From Candidatus Saccharimonadota bacterium (GTDB taxonomy: Bacteria > Patescibacteriota > Saccharimonadia > Saccharimonadales > VXPC01): a DNA stretch of 64,000 bases. Position 1 is the first letter of the stretch. The number at the start of each line of letters is the position of its first letter. The position numbers and the translations under genes were made by a program. Location: the NCBI GenBank assembly GCA_026707815.1, contig JAPOWB010000003.1, positions 3,380 through 67,379 of the forward strand, written 5' to 3'. This document shows, one piece after another, positions 1 to 9,092 of this stretch. A model generated the notes under the pieces. That model ran no database searches. It was given only the letters and a program-made list of their open reading frames with translations, and was not told the DNA's origin.

Positions 1-111
1 AATTTCTCAGGGGGAGAGCTTCGTTACTTAACAAAACCTCTTATTGGCATTGGCAGAAAATGGTTTATGTTTGCTAAACTTTTATAAGATTGATAAACAT
101 AAGCTTTATTC

Positions 112-140
112 TTGTAATAATGGAATAAATATTGTATAAT
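112..140 (+). promoter_or_regulatory. sigma70-type promoter of cassette A
   Basis: TTGTAA (112-117), 17-nt spacer, TATAAT (135-140). It lies in A+T-rich DNA just upstream of the G+C-rich leader (~161-297) of the MoxR-like gene. Confidence 0.4.
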
Positions 141-297
141 ATTAATTAGCTAAGCCCTCTCTTCACGGAGACGGGCGAAGAGTCTCTAGGTGAGATGAAC
201 CGACAATTCTCTCTCCTAGCAAGTTAACAGTCTATCGTTCCCAACCCCCCCCTCCACCAACAACCCACCGATCCCAAAAAAAGACAGGAAGGACAAA

Positions 298-1407
298 ATG
301 ACCACTGCAACCCAAATCAGAACCCGAAAAACACAACCCACCCCTCCCCCTCGAGCTCTCTCCTACGACAAAGTGCGGAATCTGTTCGGCATGATGGTCG
401 CTGAATTGGAGCGACACGTGTTCGGACAGGCCAAACTGGTCAGGGAGGTTGTCCAGGCAATCCTCAGCGGTCAGATCCTCTTGATCGTTGGACCCTCGGG
501 CGTGGGCAAAACCCATGTCGTCGAGGTCGCCATCAAGATCTTTGGCTTGAAGGGAGAAGTTGTTCCCCTGAATCCAGAGGTCACCGCCGAGGAAATTACC
601 GGATTCCCGATTTTCGATCGGGCGTCAGGTAAGATGGTTCATCATGAAGGACCATTTGGCAGGGGCAATCAACTGGTTGTGCTGGACGAAGAAAATCGTA
701 CCAGCGACAAGAACCAAAACGGTCAACTGTACGTCCTCAACAACAAAGAGGTCGTCATTGACGGACAGCGATACCCCCTCGCTCAGCCCTTCACGGTCAT
801 CATGACCATGAACCCACCGGAAGTTGATGGTACCAGAGATCTGATTTCGGCTCTAGTCGATCGGATTGATGTTGCCGTCTGGGTCGGTCAACCGAACATC
901 AACGGTAGCCAACTCGAAGCATTCTTTGAGTGCCTCAAGTACTGGCGCAATCCTCCAGAAATCAACATTCTGCGGGGAGACTCTGCTTCAGCTGCTAGTG
1001 GCAACGGTCACCAACCGATGTCCCAGCCTGTGGCAGAGATCAGCGATGCTCGTCAAACCATCAATCAGCTCAGGAGCTACATGCCTGATCAGATTCTCCG
1101 GTTGGTGTGTGTCATTGTCAGGCACTTCATCGTCAGCGGGATCTTTGCTCACGAGCCGTCAATTCGCACCCTCAATGCGATGGCTCAAAAAGCCTTGATC
1201 CAAGCCATCACCCAGGATGGACGACAGCCCCAGGCCAAGCATGTCTGGGATGTGGCCAGCCAGTGTCTGCTCCTCTACGAGACCGAGGAATACATGACTA
1301 CCGCCGACAAGATCCAGGTGATCGACCGAGAGCTAAAAAAGCTCAAGGATCAGGCGACCAGTCTCGGACGTGGAGGTCTGGACAGGCTCTGGGCACAGTA
1401 CCGTTAG
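298..1407 (+). CDS. MoxR-like AAA+ ATPase (G+C-rich, foreign-looking)
   Basis: Walker A GPSGVGKT; Walker B-like LVVLDEENR; MoxR/AAA_3-style FTVIMTMNPPE...LVDRI. SD AGGAAGGA sits a few nt before the ATG. Hand count gives 32/60 G+C in 361-420 versus 16/60 in 13621-13680. Ends with TAG. Confidence 0.85.
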   Translation: MTTATQIRTRKTQPTPPPRALSYDKVRNLFGMMVAELERHVFGQAKLVREVVQAILSGQILLIVGPSGVGKTHVVEVAIKIFGLKGEVVPLNPEVTAEEITGFPIFDRASGKMVHHEGPFGRGNQLVVLDEENRTSDKNQNGQLYVLNNKEVVIDGQRYPLAQPFTVIMTMNPPEVDGTRDLISALVDRIDVAVWVGQPNINGSQLEAFFECLKYWRNPPEINILRGDSASAASGNGHQPMSQPVAEISDARQTINQLRSYMPDQILRLVCVIVRHFIVSGIFAHEPSIRTLNAMAQKALIQAITQDGRQPQAKHVWDVASQCLLLYETEEYMTTADKIQVIDRELKKLKDQATSLGRGGLDRLWAQYR

Positions 1408-1422
1408 AGAAAGGAGGACAAA

Positions 1423-1608
1423 TTGGGAAAACCCTGCGACAAGCCTTTGGTGAGAATATTCTCAGAAATCATCTTATCCAAAGTTAAGTGTGGGGTTTTC
1501 TTTAAAATAATCATGAAAGGAACGCCTCACTGTAACGCCCACAAACACCCCACACTTGGTGACGAAGCTTCGGCAAAGTCAAGCAAGTTGTGGGGTTTTC
1601 CCATTTAA
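1423..1608 (+). CDS. small Cys/His-containing ORF (61 aa), or a post-TAG in-frame extension of the MoxR-like gene
   Basis: AAAGGAGG lies 5 nt before a TTG start. The ORF is in the same frame as 298..1407 (66 sense codons after its TAG). It contains the 12-nt direct repeat TGTGGGGTTTTC (1489-1500, 1589-1600) and an 11-bp inverted repeat (1486-1496/1547-1557), so it could instead be RNA structure. Confidence 0.3.
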   Translation: MGKPCDKPLVRIFSEIILSKVKCGVFFKIIMKGTPHCNAHKHPTLGDEASAKSSKLWGFPI

Positions 1609-1641
1609 AGCCAATTTCAGAGTCTTGAAGAAAGATTCAAA

Positions 1642-2580
1642 CTAAGTTGGAGGTTGTCGATTATTATTAATGTTTGGTTTTTGAACCTTATCTATGGCGT
1701 TGGCGGTAATCATGGCTTCTCTGAGCTGATCGGAAACTTGATTCATGCCTCCGGGGCTGTGAGGGATTAGAATAGTATTGGTATCTGAGCTTAAGCCAAT
1801 ATCTTTTAAAGTATCAAAATATTGAGTCATTAATACTAAATTCATAACATCTTGAGGACTGGTTCCGGGAACATTATCTTGAAAATCAGTTACGCTTTCT
1901 CTTAAGCCATTGACAATTGCCAAGCGTTGATCGGCAATTCCCCTACCCTGCAGAGCCTTTGATTCCGCTTCAGCTTCAGCGGCTTTGACTACTCTAATTT
2001 TTTCAGCTTCAGCCTCTTCGACAGCAGCCAACTTTAATCTTTGGGCAGTCTGAATCTGATTCATGCTAGCTTTAACTTTAGCGGCTGGATCAATATCAGT
2101 TACCAAAGCCTTTAAAATACTATAGCCGAAATCATCCATGATTTCAGATAATTCATTTTTTACAGCTAGGGCAATTTCATCTTTAGTTTCAAAAACAGTA
2201 TCCAATTTAATGACTGGTACCCGAGCCCTGACTACATCATAAACATAGCTTCTGATTTGAAATTCTGGTTGTTGCAACCTATAAAAAGCATCTATGACTT
2301 TTTGGTGATGAACATGATATTGAACACTGACTACAACATTAACAAAGACATTATCTTTGGTCTTAGTCTCAATTTTGACATCCAGTTGCTGAATTCTTAA
2401 AGATAAAGTCCCAGCGATTCGATCCACAAAAGGAATGCGCCAATGTAAGCCGGCTTGAGAAACCTTTTTGAATCTACCAAACCTCTCAATAATCTTAGCG
2501 GTTTGTTGAGTAACTACATAAAAGCCGACCAGAAAAAGTAATAAAATTCCTAATCCCAAGACGACAACTAAACCTGACAT
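1642..2580 (-). CDS. SPFH/Band-7 (stomatin/prohibitin-like) membrane protein
   Basis: N-terminal TM segment followed by the typical IIERFGRF...GLHWRIPFVDRI SPFH core and an Ala/Glu-rich coiled coil. Confidence 0.9.
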   Translation of the reverse strand: MSGLVVVLGLGILLLFLVGFYVVTQQTAKIIERFGRFKKVSQAGLHWRIPFVDRIAGTLSLRIQQLDVKIETKTKDNVFVNVVVSVQYHVHHQKVIDAFYRLQQPEFQIRSYVYDVVRARVPVIKLDTVFETKDEIALAVKNELSEIMDDFGYSILKALVTDIDPAAKVKASMNQIQTAQRLKLAAVEEAEAEKIRVVKAAEAEAESKALQGRGIADQRLAIVNGLRESVTDFQDNVPGTSPQDVMNLVLMTQYFDTLKDIGLSSDTNTILIPHSPGGMNQVSDQLREAMITANAIDKVQKPNINNNRQPPT

Positions 2581-2712
2581 CTGATAACCCCTATAAAGTT
2601 GAATTCTTATTTAGATATTAATTTTATAATAGTATACTGATACAAATTAAGCTAATTAAATTATCTAGATAAAAGATCTATCCAGTAAAACGAACTTTTA
2701 AAACATGCTTAT

Positions 2713-2789
2713 GCATCGGTAGCTCAGCGGATTAGAGCGTCGGTCTTCGGAACCGAAAGTCGGGGGTTCGAATCCCTCCCGATGCGCCA
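2713..2789 (+). tRNA. tRNA-Arg (anticodon UCG)
   Basis: Hand-folded cloverleaf: acceptor GCATCGG/CCGATGC, anticodon loop CTTCGGA, T-arm GGGGG-TTCGAAT-CCCTC, encoded CCA. Confidence 0.9.
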
Positions 2790-2833
2790 GTCATTCAAGT
2801 TATGATTTGAAATATAATTGTTTTAAATTTATT

Positions 2834-2909
2834 CGGGGCGTAGCGCAGTTGGTAGCGCGTACGGTTTGGGACCGTGAGGTCGGAGGTTCAAGTCCTCTCG
2901 CCCCGACCA
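2834..2909 (+). tRNA. tRNA-Pro (anticodon UGG)
   Basis: Acceptor CGGGGCG/CGCCCCG, anticodon loop TTTGGGA, T-arm GGAGG-TTCAAGT-CCTCT, encoded CCA. Confidence 0.9.
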
Positions 2910-2953
2910 AAAAATCTTATTTTTAATCCTACAGAGAGCTCATACTCTCACGT

Positions 2954-3030
2954 GGGTCATTAGCTCAGTTGGTTAGAGCAACGGACTCTTAATCCGTGTG
3001 TCCTGGGTTCGAATCCCAGATGACCCTCCA
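2954..3030 (+). tRNA. tRNA-Lys (anticodon CUU)
   Basis: Acceptor GGGTCAT/ATGACCC, anticodon loop CTCTTAA, T-arm CTGGG-TTCGAAT-CCCAG, encoded CCA. Confidence 0.9.
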
Positions 3031-3149
3031 GTTTGATACATAACTAACAATATTGCCATATAACGTCTGTTCCGGTGAAGATTTTTGCATGAAACAACTG
3101 ATTGAAATATTGCTTTTGCAATCACCATGTCATTGTAGTACAATGGTAA

Positions 3150-4745
3150 TTGAAAATGGATAATAACGAGTTAACCCCTCAGCAACAACTACTGGTTGAA
3201 AAATTAGAGAACGCAGACCAAGAAATTGATCAGTTGCTACCCCAGTACTCATTGGGTCGGAAATTCCAGCGTCCCATATACAGCCGTCTCTCCAAGACGG
3301 CAACGAATTTTCTAACGACCGGGCAGGGATCAGAGTGGATAATCATGGCTGGTTTGCGTGGGGTTGGCAAAACAACTTTACTAGCCCAACTCTATCTCCA
3401 CCCCAAACTTAAATCCGCAACAAGGTTCTATTTGTCGTTAGATCAAGCTCAGTTGCTTGGAGCAGAAATGAATGATGTTATAACAGCACTGGAACACAAA
3501 TTAGGTCAGCCTTTAACCCAAACCGAAGAACCCATATTCGTCTTTTTGGATGAAGTCCATTCCTTGCCTAAATGGTCTTTGGCCGCCAAGATACTGCACG
3601 ATCGCTGCCCAAAATTGTTTCTGGTTTGCACCAGCTCATCAGCTTTAGCTTTATGGACAACTCCTGATATTGCCCGCCGAGCGAGATTTATGCGTGTTAG
3701 TCCACTCAGCTTACCAGAAGCCATCTTCATCAATACCGCCAACGAAAACGACCGATGGCACAACGAAAATATAGAAGAATTCATACCCAACATAACATTA
3801 GGTAGCAAAATTCAGTCAGCCCTGTTTGACTCAGAAAACGCATACCAAGTCTACAGTCGCATCGAAATGCTTAAATCCGAGATTGATCATTATTGGAAAA
3901 ATCGAGACGCCAACAAGGATATTAGCAATTACATCACGAGTTACGAAACCCTACCCTATGCTTTGAATATCAAGCATTCCAGTAATGACAGACATAATCC
4001 CGACCCCGAAACAATCAATGAAATTCGGGCTCGCATACGTCAAACCTTGGACAAAGTATACAATCATGATTTATCCATAGTCGGTCAATTTGATCAATCC
4101 ACCCGACACCATTTTCCTAGTCTTCTGCTGTGGCTAGCTAATTCGGGGCAGCAGAGCCTGACCAAGATGGCCAAACGTATGAGCTTAAACGTCAGAACAT
4201 TACAAAATATGCTTGAAATACTGGTTAACAGCGAAGTTCTGATAGCCGTACCGCCGTTCGGTTCAACCTCGGGCAAAATCGCCAAACCCTACAAGTATCT
4301 GTTTACGGCTCCGGCTATCCGTCACGCTCTTAACAATCCGCCTAGAGATCAATTGCAGGAAGCTCAACTCGATCAACTTAGGGGATTCCTACTAGAAGAC
4401 ACAGTAGGTTTCTATATGAAACAGACTTTTGACAATCAACCTTTGGGTGGATTAGTCGAGTATGATTCAAGTCGAGAAGGTGCTGATTTTATTGTTATGC
4501 CAAGCCATATTAAAAAAGAAGCCATCGCCGTTGAGGTTGGTTGGCGAAAACGAACCAGCCAACAGGTACAGGCTACCTTGAAGCGTATTCAGAGTAATCG
4601 TTATGGCATAGTAATCACCGATTGTAATCTCAAACTTGATGATTCTGACCAAATTGTGTTTGTACCCATGAAGATTTTCCTGCTTATGCAACCACAAGAA
4701 TTTTCGGGAGCTAGTTCTTTAAATCTGAATCCCCCCGATAACTAG
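3150..4745 (+). CDS. AAA+ ATPase with C-terminal DUF4143/PD-(D/E)xK-like domain (COG1373-type)
   Basis: Walker A GLRGVGKTT and Walker B IFVFLDEVH. C-terminal EGADFIV...AIAVEVGWRK resembles the nuclease-like DUF4143 tail. The likely real start is the ATG at 3156. Ends TAG TAG. G+C is visibly above background. Confidence 0.7.
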   Translation: MKMDNNELTPQQQLLVEKLENADQEIDQLLPQYSLGRKFQRPIYSRLSKTATNFLTTGQGSEWIIMAGLRGVGKTTLLAQLYLHPKLKSATRFYLSLDQAQLLGAEMNDVITALEHKLGQPLTQTEEPIFVFLDEVHSLPKWSLAAKILHDRCPKLFLVCTSSSALALWTTPDIARRARFMRVSPLSLPEAIFINTANENDRWHNENIEEFIPNITLGSKIQSALFDSENAYQVYSRIEMLKSEIDHYWKNRDANKDISNYITSYETLPYALNIKHSSNDRHNPDPETINEIRARIRQTLDKVYNHDLSIVGQFDQSTRHHFPSLLLWLANSGQQSLTKMAKRMSLNVRTLQNMLEILVNSEVLIAVPPFGSTSGKIAKPYKYLFTAPAIRHALNNPPRDQLQEAQLDQLRGFLLEDTVGFYMKQTFDNQPLGGLVEYDSSREGADFIVMPSHIKKEAIAVEVGWRKRTSQQVQATLKRIQSNRYGIVITDCNLKLDDSDQIVFVPMKIFLLMQPQEFSGASSLNLNPPDN

Positions 4746-4750
4746 TAGTA

Positions 4751-5617
4751 TTGACCATGAATTTATTTTTCATAGATGACAGTGGCAGCAAGCAATGGGA
4801 CACCCCTCATGCTGAGTCATTTATTGTAAAACCTCCAGCAAGAACAGAGCAAAATAGGAAGTACTGGGAATCCAATTATTTTGTTCTTGCCGGGATTCAT
4901 GTAGACAGCCGCTTAGTAGCCAAATTAAATCAAGAAATCAGGCAAAAGAAAAAGGAGGTTTTCGGTAACGGACAGGTCGAGATAAAATCGTACTACCTGC
5001 GAAACCCTGAAGCACGAAAGAGGCAATACCTGCGGAAGTATGATTTAACCCCAAAAGATTTGAAAAGTTTCGTTGATACCTTCTGGTACAAGTTGCTCGA
5101 GGATAACAAGGAAAACATTCAAATCCAAGCAGTCGTTTTAGATAAAAGATATTACAGCGAGCAAAGGCATCGTCATTCCCCACTAGATATAGCCACGGTG
5201 GCTCTTCTGGATAGAATAGAAAAACATCCTAAAAAACAATGCCGGATAATATTTGATCAAATGGAATCAAGTATAAGATCAACCAAAGGTGATCAGGGTA
5301 GAATATTACAGATAGCTGACAAGTCAATTAATCTAGATTCACGGCGAGATGGCTCGTACAGCCATATAGACGTAAAGTTTGGAAAATCATCTTCTTCAAA
5401 TTTCCTGCAATTAGCCGACATTGTCGCCTATAATATAAGAAGGCAGTTTGTAGATTTTGGCGATCAACAGACAACCAAGCCACTCAGATTTTTGAAATAT
5501 TACCCCTATTTTGAGAGAATGATGGACAACTTTTACTGCAATTCCAAAAATTCAGGGATACAGGGAGACGGTCTAGTAAAACTACCGAACCCACCAAAGT
5601 TTATTAAATCTAACTAA
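4751..5617 (+). CDS. DUF3800 family protein
   Basis: N-terminal FFIDDSGS and C-terminal NFLQLADIVAY match the two signature motifs of DUF3800. The ATG at 4757 lies 11 nt after the upstream stop, so the two genes are likely co-transcribed. Confidence 0.65.
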   Translation: MTMNLFFIDDSGSKQWDTPHAESFIVKPPARTEQNRKYWESNYFVLAGIHVDSRLVAKLNQEIRQKKKEVFGNGQVEIKSYYLRNPEARKRQYLRKYDLTPKDLKSFVDTFWYKLLEDNKENIQIQAVVLDKRYYSEQRHRHSPLDIATVALLDRIEKHPKKQCRIIFDQMESSIRSTKGDQGRILQIADKSINLDSRRDGSYSHIDVKFGKSSSSNFLQLADIVAYNIRRQFVDFGDQQTTKPLRFLKYYPYFERMMDNFYCNSKNSGIQGDGLVKLPNPPKFIKSN

Positions 5618-6037
5618 GAAAAAATAAAAGCACCTGCTAAAACAGATGCCCTTATGACGTCAGTCCTCGTCTGAGTACTGCTATCAAAGAGTGAGCAGCT
5701 AGGCCTCTCAGCCGACCGACGATACTATTATTCTAATATTATTAGACCTATTTATCAATATGTTGTTTAATATGTCTCTTTTGACAGTAGCACATCGAGT
5801 CTGGCTATCTTCTTCAGTTATCTGGAGAACCTCAAAACATTCTTCAATTATGAATGAGCGATTCCACTTATTTACATCTGTAAAAATACTTTGCGCAGAG
5901 CTTCTCAGCAAGTAAGGCAGATGAGAGGAGATTATTGCACACTTCTTGACGAAATAGCTAAAAATAAATTTATTAATTAGTTGTTATCTTCTAGGGCAAT
6001 TTCCCAATAGATGTGTTAGTATTTGTAGGATATTTCT

Positions 6038-6775
6038 ATGTCTAAGATTCAATTAAAAACATTCAAGCCTTATCAAATAGGTAGCGATCAACCTCAACAA
6101 ACAGTTATTTTTGTTCAAGGATTCGGTGTTAAGTCTGATAGCAAGGGACTCTTCACTGATCTAGCTGACTATTTTCATGCCTCTCAAATTACTAGCTTCA
6201 TTTTTCATTTAAGTGATTATGATCAATTTGGTAATTCCTACTTTCTCCCCCTCAATAAACAACAGGAACGTCTAATCAATATTTATAACTATGTTCTGCA
6301 AAGATTTCCAGACCAGCCTCTAACAATTATTGGACACAGTTTAGGTAGTGGAGTTTTGAGCAGCTTAATGCTTAATGTAAAAGCTAATAAATATATTATA
6401 TTAGCTCCAACTATGGATAGTCCTGGTCCTAAAATTAAGTCTGCTTTAATAAAGCATCGCCAAGCCCAAGTTGATGGTCAAAAAATTAGCTTTAAAAGAA
6501 AAAACGGTGTAACCAGCACTTTTTCACAAGAATATGTCGATCAATTCGATATCAAATTTAGCCAAATCTATCAACAAGTTTGGCCAAAAATTAAAGATTT
6601 ACAAATTATTATTCCTGATCAAGACTTGCCTCGCTATGACGAGAATTTATTGAATTTTTTTCAAACATTTCAGCCTGTAATAATGCCAGATTGTGACCAC
6701 AATTTCAGTGATCAGAATCGCCAAAAATTAGCTGCCACCATTCTGCAATTTCTTAGAGCCAATCAGGAGACTTAA
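6038..6775 (+). CDS. alpha/beta-fold hydrolase
   Basis: Nucleophile elbow IIGHSLGSG and a late D/H region (PDCDHNF). Composition is host-like. Confidence 0.6.
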   Translation: MSKIQLKTFKPYQIGSDQPQQTVIFVQGFGVKSDSKGLFTDLADYFHASQITSFIFHLSDYDQFGNSYFLPLNKQQERLINIYNYVLQRFPDQPLTIIGHSLGSGVLSSLMLNVKANKYIILAPTMDSPGPKIKSALIKHRQAQVDGQKISFKRKNGVTSTFSQEYVDQFDIKFSQIYQQVWPKIKDLQIIIPDQDLPRYDENLLNFFQTFQPVIMPDCDHNFSDQNRQKLAATILQFLRANQET

Positions 6776-6776
6776 A

Positions 6777-7367
6777 ATGGCGTCTAAGATTCTGATTATC
6801 ACTGGAAGCTCCCAAGCTAATTCCCAGTCTTTAAGAATCGGTCAATATATTAAATCTGCAGGAGAAAAATTAGACCTGAATCTTGATTTGGTTGATTTAT
6901 ATGAAGTAAATTTACCTATTTTCCTTAATCAGACAGCTAATCAATGGCCTCAACTCGCTAAACAATTGTCAACGGCTGAAGGGTATATTTGGATTATCCC
7001 CGAATGGAATGGTGGAGCTAATCCAAGCATCAAAAACATGCTTCTCTATACTGATGTAACTTTGCTGGGGCATAAACCTGTTCTGCTGATAGGTATTAGT
7101 GCTGGAAAGGGTGGCTTCTACCCTATTATGGATACTAAATCTGTCGGTCAAAAAGATCCTAGATATGTCATCATACCTGATTGCCTAGTGATTAACCGTT
7201 GCCAAGAAGTTCTATTGACCAATAATTTAGATGAGCAGGCTGAAGATTATCAATTAAAACTTCGAATTAACTATATTTTAAAAATTTTAAATCTCTACAT
7301 TAAAAACTTGAATAATTTAAGACAATCTAAAATCATTGATTACAAAACCTACCCCTTTGGAATGTAG
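6777..7367 (+). CDS. NAD(P)H-dependent FMN reductase / flavodoxin-like fold protein
   Basis: KILIITGSSQANSQS N-terminus and IIPEWNGG motif typical of the family. GGAG lies inside the upstream gene's end. The TAG stop is followed by 49 in-frame sense codons. Confidence 0.65.
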   Translation: MASKILIITGSSQANSQSLRIGQYIKSAGEKLDLNLDLVDLYEVNLPIFLNQTANQWPQLAKQLSTAEGYIWIIPEWNGGANPSIKNMLLYTDVTLLGHKPVLLIGISAGKGGFYPIMDTKSVGQKDPRYVIIPDCLVINRCQEVLLTNNLDEQAEDYQLKLRINYILKILNLYIKNLNNLRQSKIIDYKTYPFGM

Positions 7368-7644
7368 GGATTTATGCATAACGCCAATCACAAATTAAAT
7401 GATTTGAAATACTTCTCTCGACATCGATCAATTCAATCTTTGACTTCTTACCTTAATGTGATTGAAGCAGAAAAAATCTCATCAGAAGATTGCAAAAGCT
7501 CTCACAGACTATATTGAATAACTCAATAATCAATTAAAGCTTTAATGAATCATAATCAATGTCTGATAGTTCACTAACAGACTACGGTTATAATTTCATC
7601 TCAAAAAATAATAAGGGGTAAAAATCAATCAATAGAAGTAGCCA

Positions 7645-7944
7645 CTACCCACCCCAAAATCCGACAAGAAGGAGTAGAAACCCGACAAAGATAATGGGGG
7701 TTGCTATTAAAGACAGTGCCACTATAGACATAGCCCTGCCTTTACCATTTAATTGTTTAGACTTTATTAATCCTATGATTGCAAGCACAATGCCAGCAAT
7801 CAGACTCATGACACTGCCTAAACCACCTAGTACCAAAAGAGTATCAGCAACCTCCTCCAAAAAGGGATTCCTTTGTTTGAATCCCAATGCGAATGCATAC
7901 GGTATTATTATCAAAAGAACTATGCAGAGTATGCTACACACCAA
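7645..7944 (-). CDS. small integral membrane protein (3 predicted TM segments)
   Basis: Almost entirely hydrophobic 99-aa ORF with a TTG/GTG start next to GGAG. The homopolymer tract lies 27-45 nt upstream. Confidence 0.5.
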   Translation of the reverse strand: MVCSILCIVLLIIIPYAFALGFKQRNPFLEEVADTLLVLGGLGSVMSLIAGIVLAIIGLIKSKQLNGKGRAMSIVALSLIATPIIFVGFLLLLVGFWGG

Positions 7945-7970
7945 ACTCCACGTAGCACACAGATTGCTAG

Positions 7971-7989
7971 TTTTTTTTTGGGGGGGGGG
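7971..7989. repeat. T9G10 homopolymeric tract (C10A9 on the minus strand)
   Basis: Read directly: nine T (7971-7979) followed by ten G (7980-7989). On the minus strand it lies between a GATAAT box and the start of the 7645..7944 gene. Confidence 0.95.
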
Positions 7990-8276
7990 TTATTATCCAT
8001 AAGCCTAGTTTAGCATTTTGCGTAAGATTTTGGCTAGTTTGGGTAGCAAAATTGACCTTTTTGAAATCCAAAACTACTAACAGATGTGAATTGTAGCCTT
8101 CAATCTGTTTCACATAATTGTTGCTAATAAGACATATTAAAATATTGAATTGTGTAATTCGCTAGGTTTTAAAACACTTAACACAACATTTTTTACTCAG
8201 TTGAGTTGTATTCAAGAATTAGTTACAAATCGCCTCTTTTTTAGTCATTTGAATACACTTCATAATCCCTATGCTT

Positions 8277-8885
8277 TTATAGGGTAATCGGTTTGATATT
8301 TAAATCACAATAATCGATAAGAGAGAAATATGGCAGACCGCAATCAGCCATCTTTTCAGCAGTTCTTTGTCCTCTATTGACGACAGCCACCACTCCAATA
8401 ATTGTCGCTTTGGTTTTTAAAATGGAATCAACAGCTCGCAAAACAGAATTACCAGTCGTTATTACATCTTCGACTACTAGCACCCGACTATCTTCGTCAA
8501 GAGAAGTTCCTTTAATTGTCTTGTTAAAATTTTTGTTCTTGAGAGAATCAGAATGAATACTAAACCAATTTTTATTAGTCAAGGATGCCATGGCTATGGC
8601 AATTGGATCTGCCCCGAAAGCAGGACCACCAACAGCCGACCATTGATTGCCAAATTGTTCAGTCACTTGATTGAGAAGCAAGTTGCTGGCTAATTCTAAA
8701 TTTTGCCATTTAGAGAAAGCTAAGCCCAAATCAACAAAATCTCTGGACAAAATACCACTAGATAATTCCCGACCAGGAGCTGGCAGACGTTTAAGCCCAT
8801 AAGCTGTTATTAACCGTATCAGTTGCCTTTTCTTAATTTGTGCTTGATCTTCAGAGTGTTCAAGTCTAGATTCTACGCTGTTCAT
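8277..8885 (-). CDS. pyrE: type I phosphoribosyltransferase, orotate PRTase-like
   Basis: PRPP-binding loop VLVVEDVITTGNS and overall PyrE-like layout and length (202 aa). Confidence 0.65.
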   Translation of the reverse strand: MNSVESRLEHSEDQAQIKKRQLIRLITAYGLKRLPAPGRELSSGILSRDFVDLGLAFSKWQNLELASNLLLNQVTEQFGNQWSAVGGPAFGADPIAIAMASLTNKNWFSIHSDSLKNKNFNKTIKGTSLDEDSRVLVVEDVITTGNSVLRAVDSILKTKATIIGVVAVVNRGQRTAEKMADCGLPYFSLIDYCDLNIKPITL

Positions 8886-9092
8886 TACTTCTTTTTTAAC
8901 ACTTGGCTTCTGCTCAGTGATTGATAATCAATCATTCATAAAAAAATTAGCATATCATAAGAATTCTCAAGAATGTCTATATTTCATTCTAAGCCAAAAA
9001 GCCATACATTGCCAAAAAACAAATCTTTCAAGTTGAGATATTCTCAATCTGTCAGTTCGGTCTGCATTCTAATGCAAATGTTTTTTAGAAAC

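Noticed and set aside
165-195. An 11-nt identity, GGAGACGGGCG, to the P3 region of E. coli RNase P RNA (recalled from memory) raised the idea of an RNase P gene.
   Set aside because: The universal RNase P motifs (GAGGAAAGUCC and ACAGAA..GGCUUA) occur neither here nor in 33877-34210. P3 is not conserved between bacteria, so this is treated as coincidence.
232-1487. Track ORFs 232..516 (-), 866..1198 (+) and 1107..1487 (+) overlapping the MoxR-like gene.
   Set aside because: These are alternative-frame or antisense ORFs inside a well-supported gene. G+C-rich DNA has few stop codons, so spurious ORFs are expected. They have no SD and no recognisable motifs.
5643-5652. CAGATGCCCT resembles the tRNA-Lys 3' end CAGATGACCCT, suggesting a possible attR of an island spanning 3031-5650.
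   Set aside because: The match is only ~10 nt and includes an indel. That is too short to distinguish from chance without statistics. It is mentioned only as a hint in the island finding.
5708-5911. 67-aa ORF on the minus strand in the 420-nt spacer after the DUF3800 gene.
   Set aside because: TTG start, no SD or promoter, and no motif. It may be a remnant, but I cannot support it as a gene.
7694-8002. 102-aa plus-strand ORF reading through the T9G10 tract.
   Set aside because: It is fully antisense to the hydrophobic 7645..7944 ORF. Its sequence is the typical mirror image of a membrane protein, and it ends inside the homopolymer.
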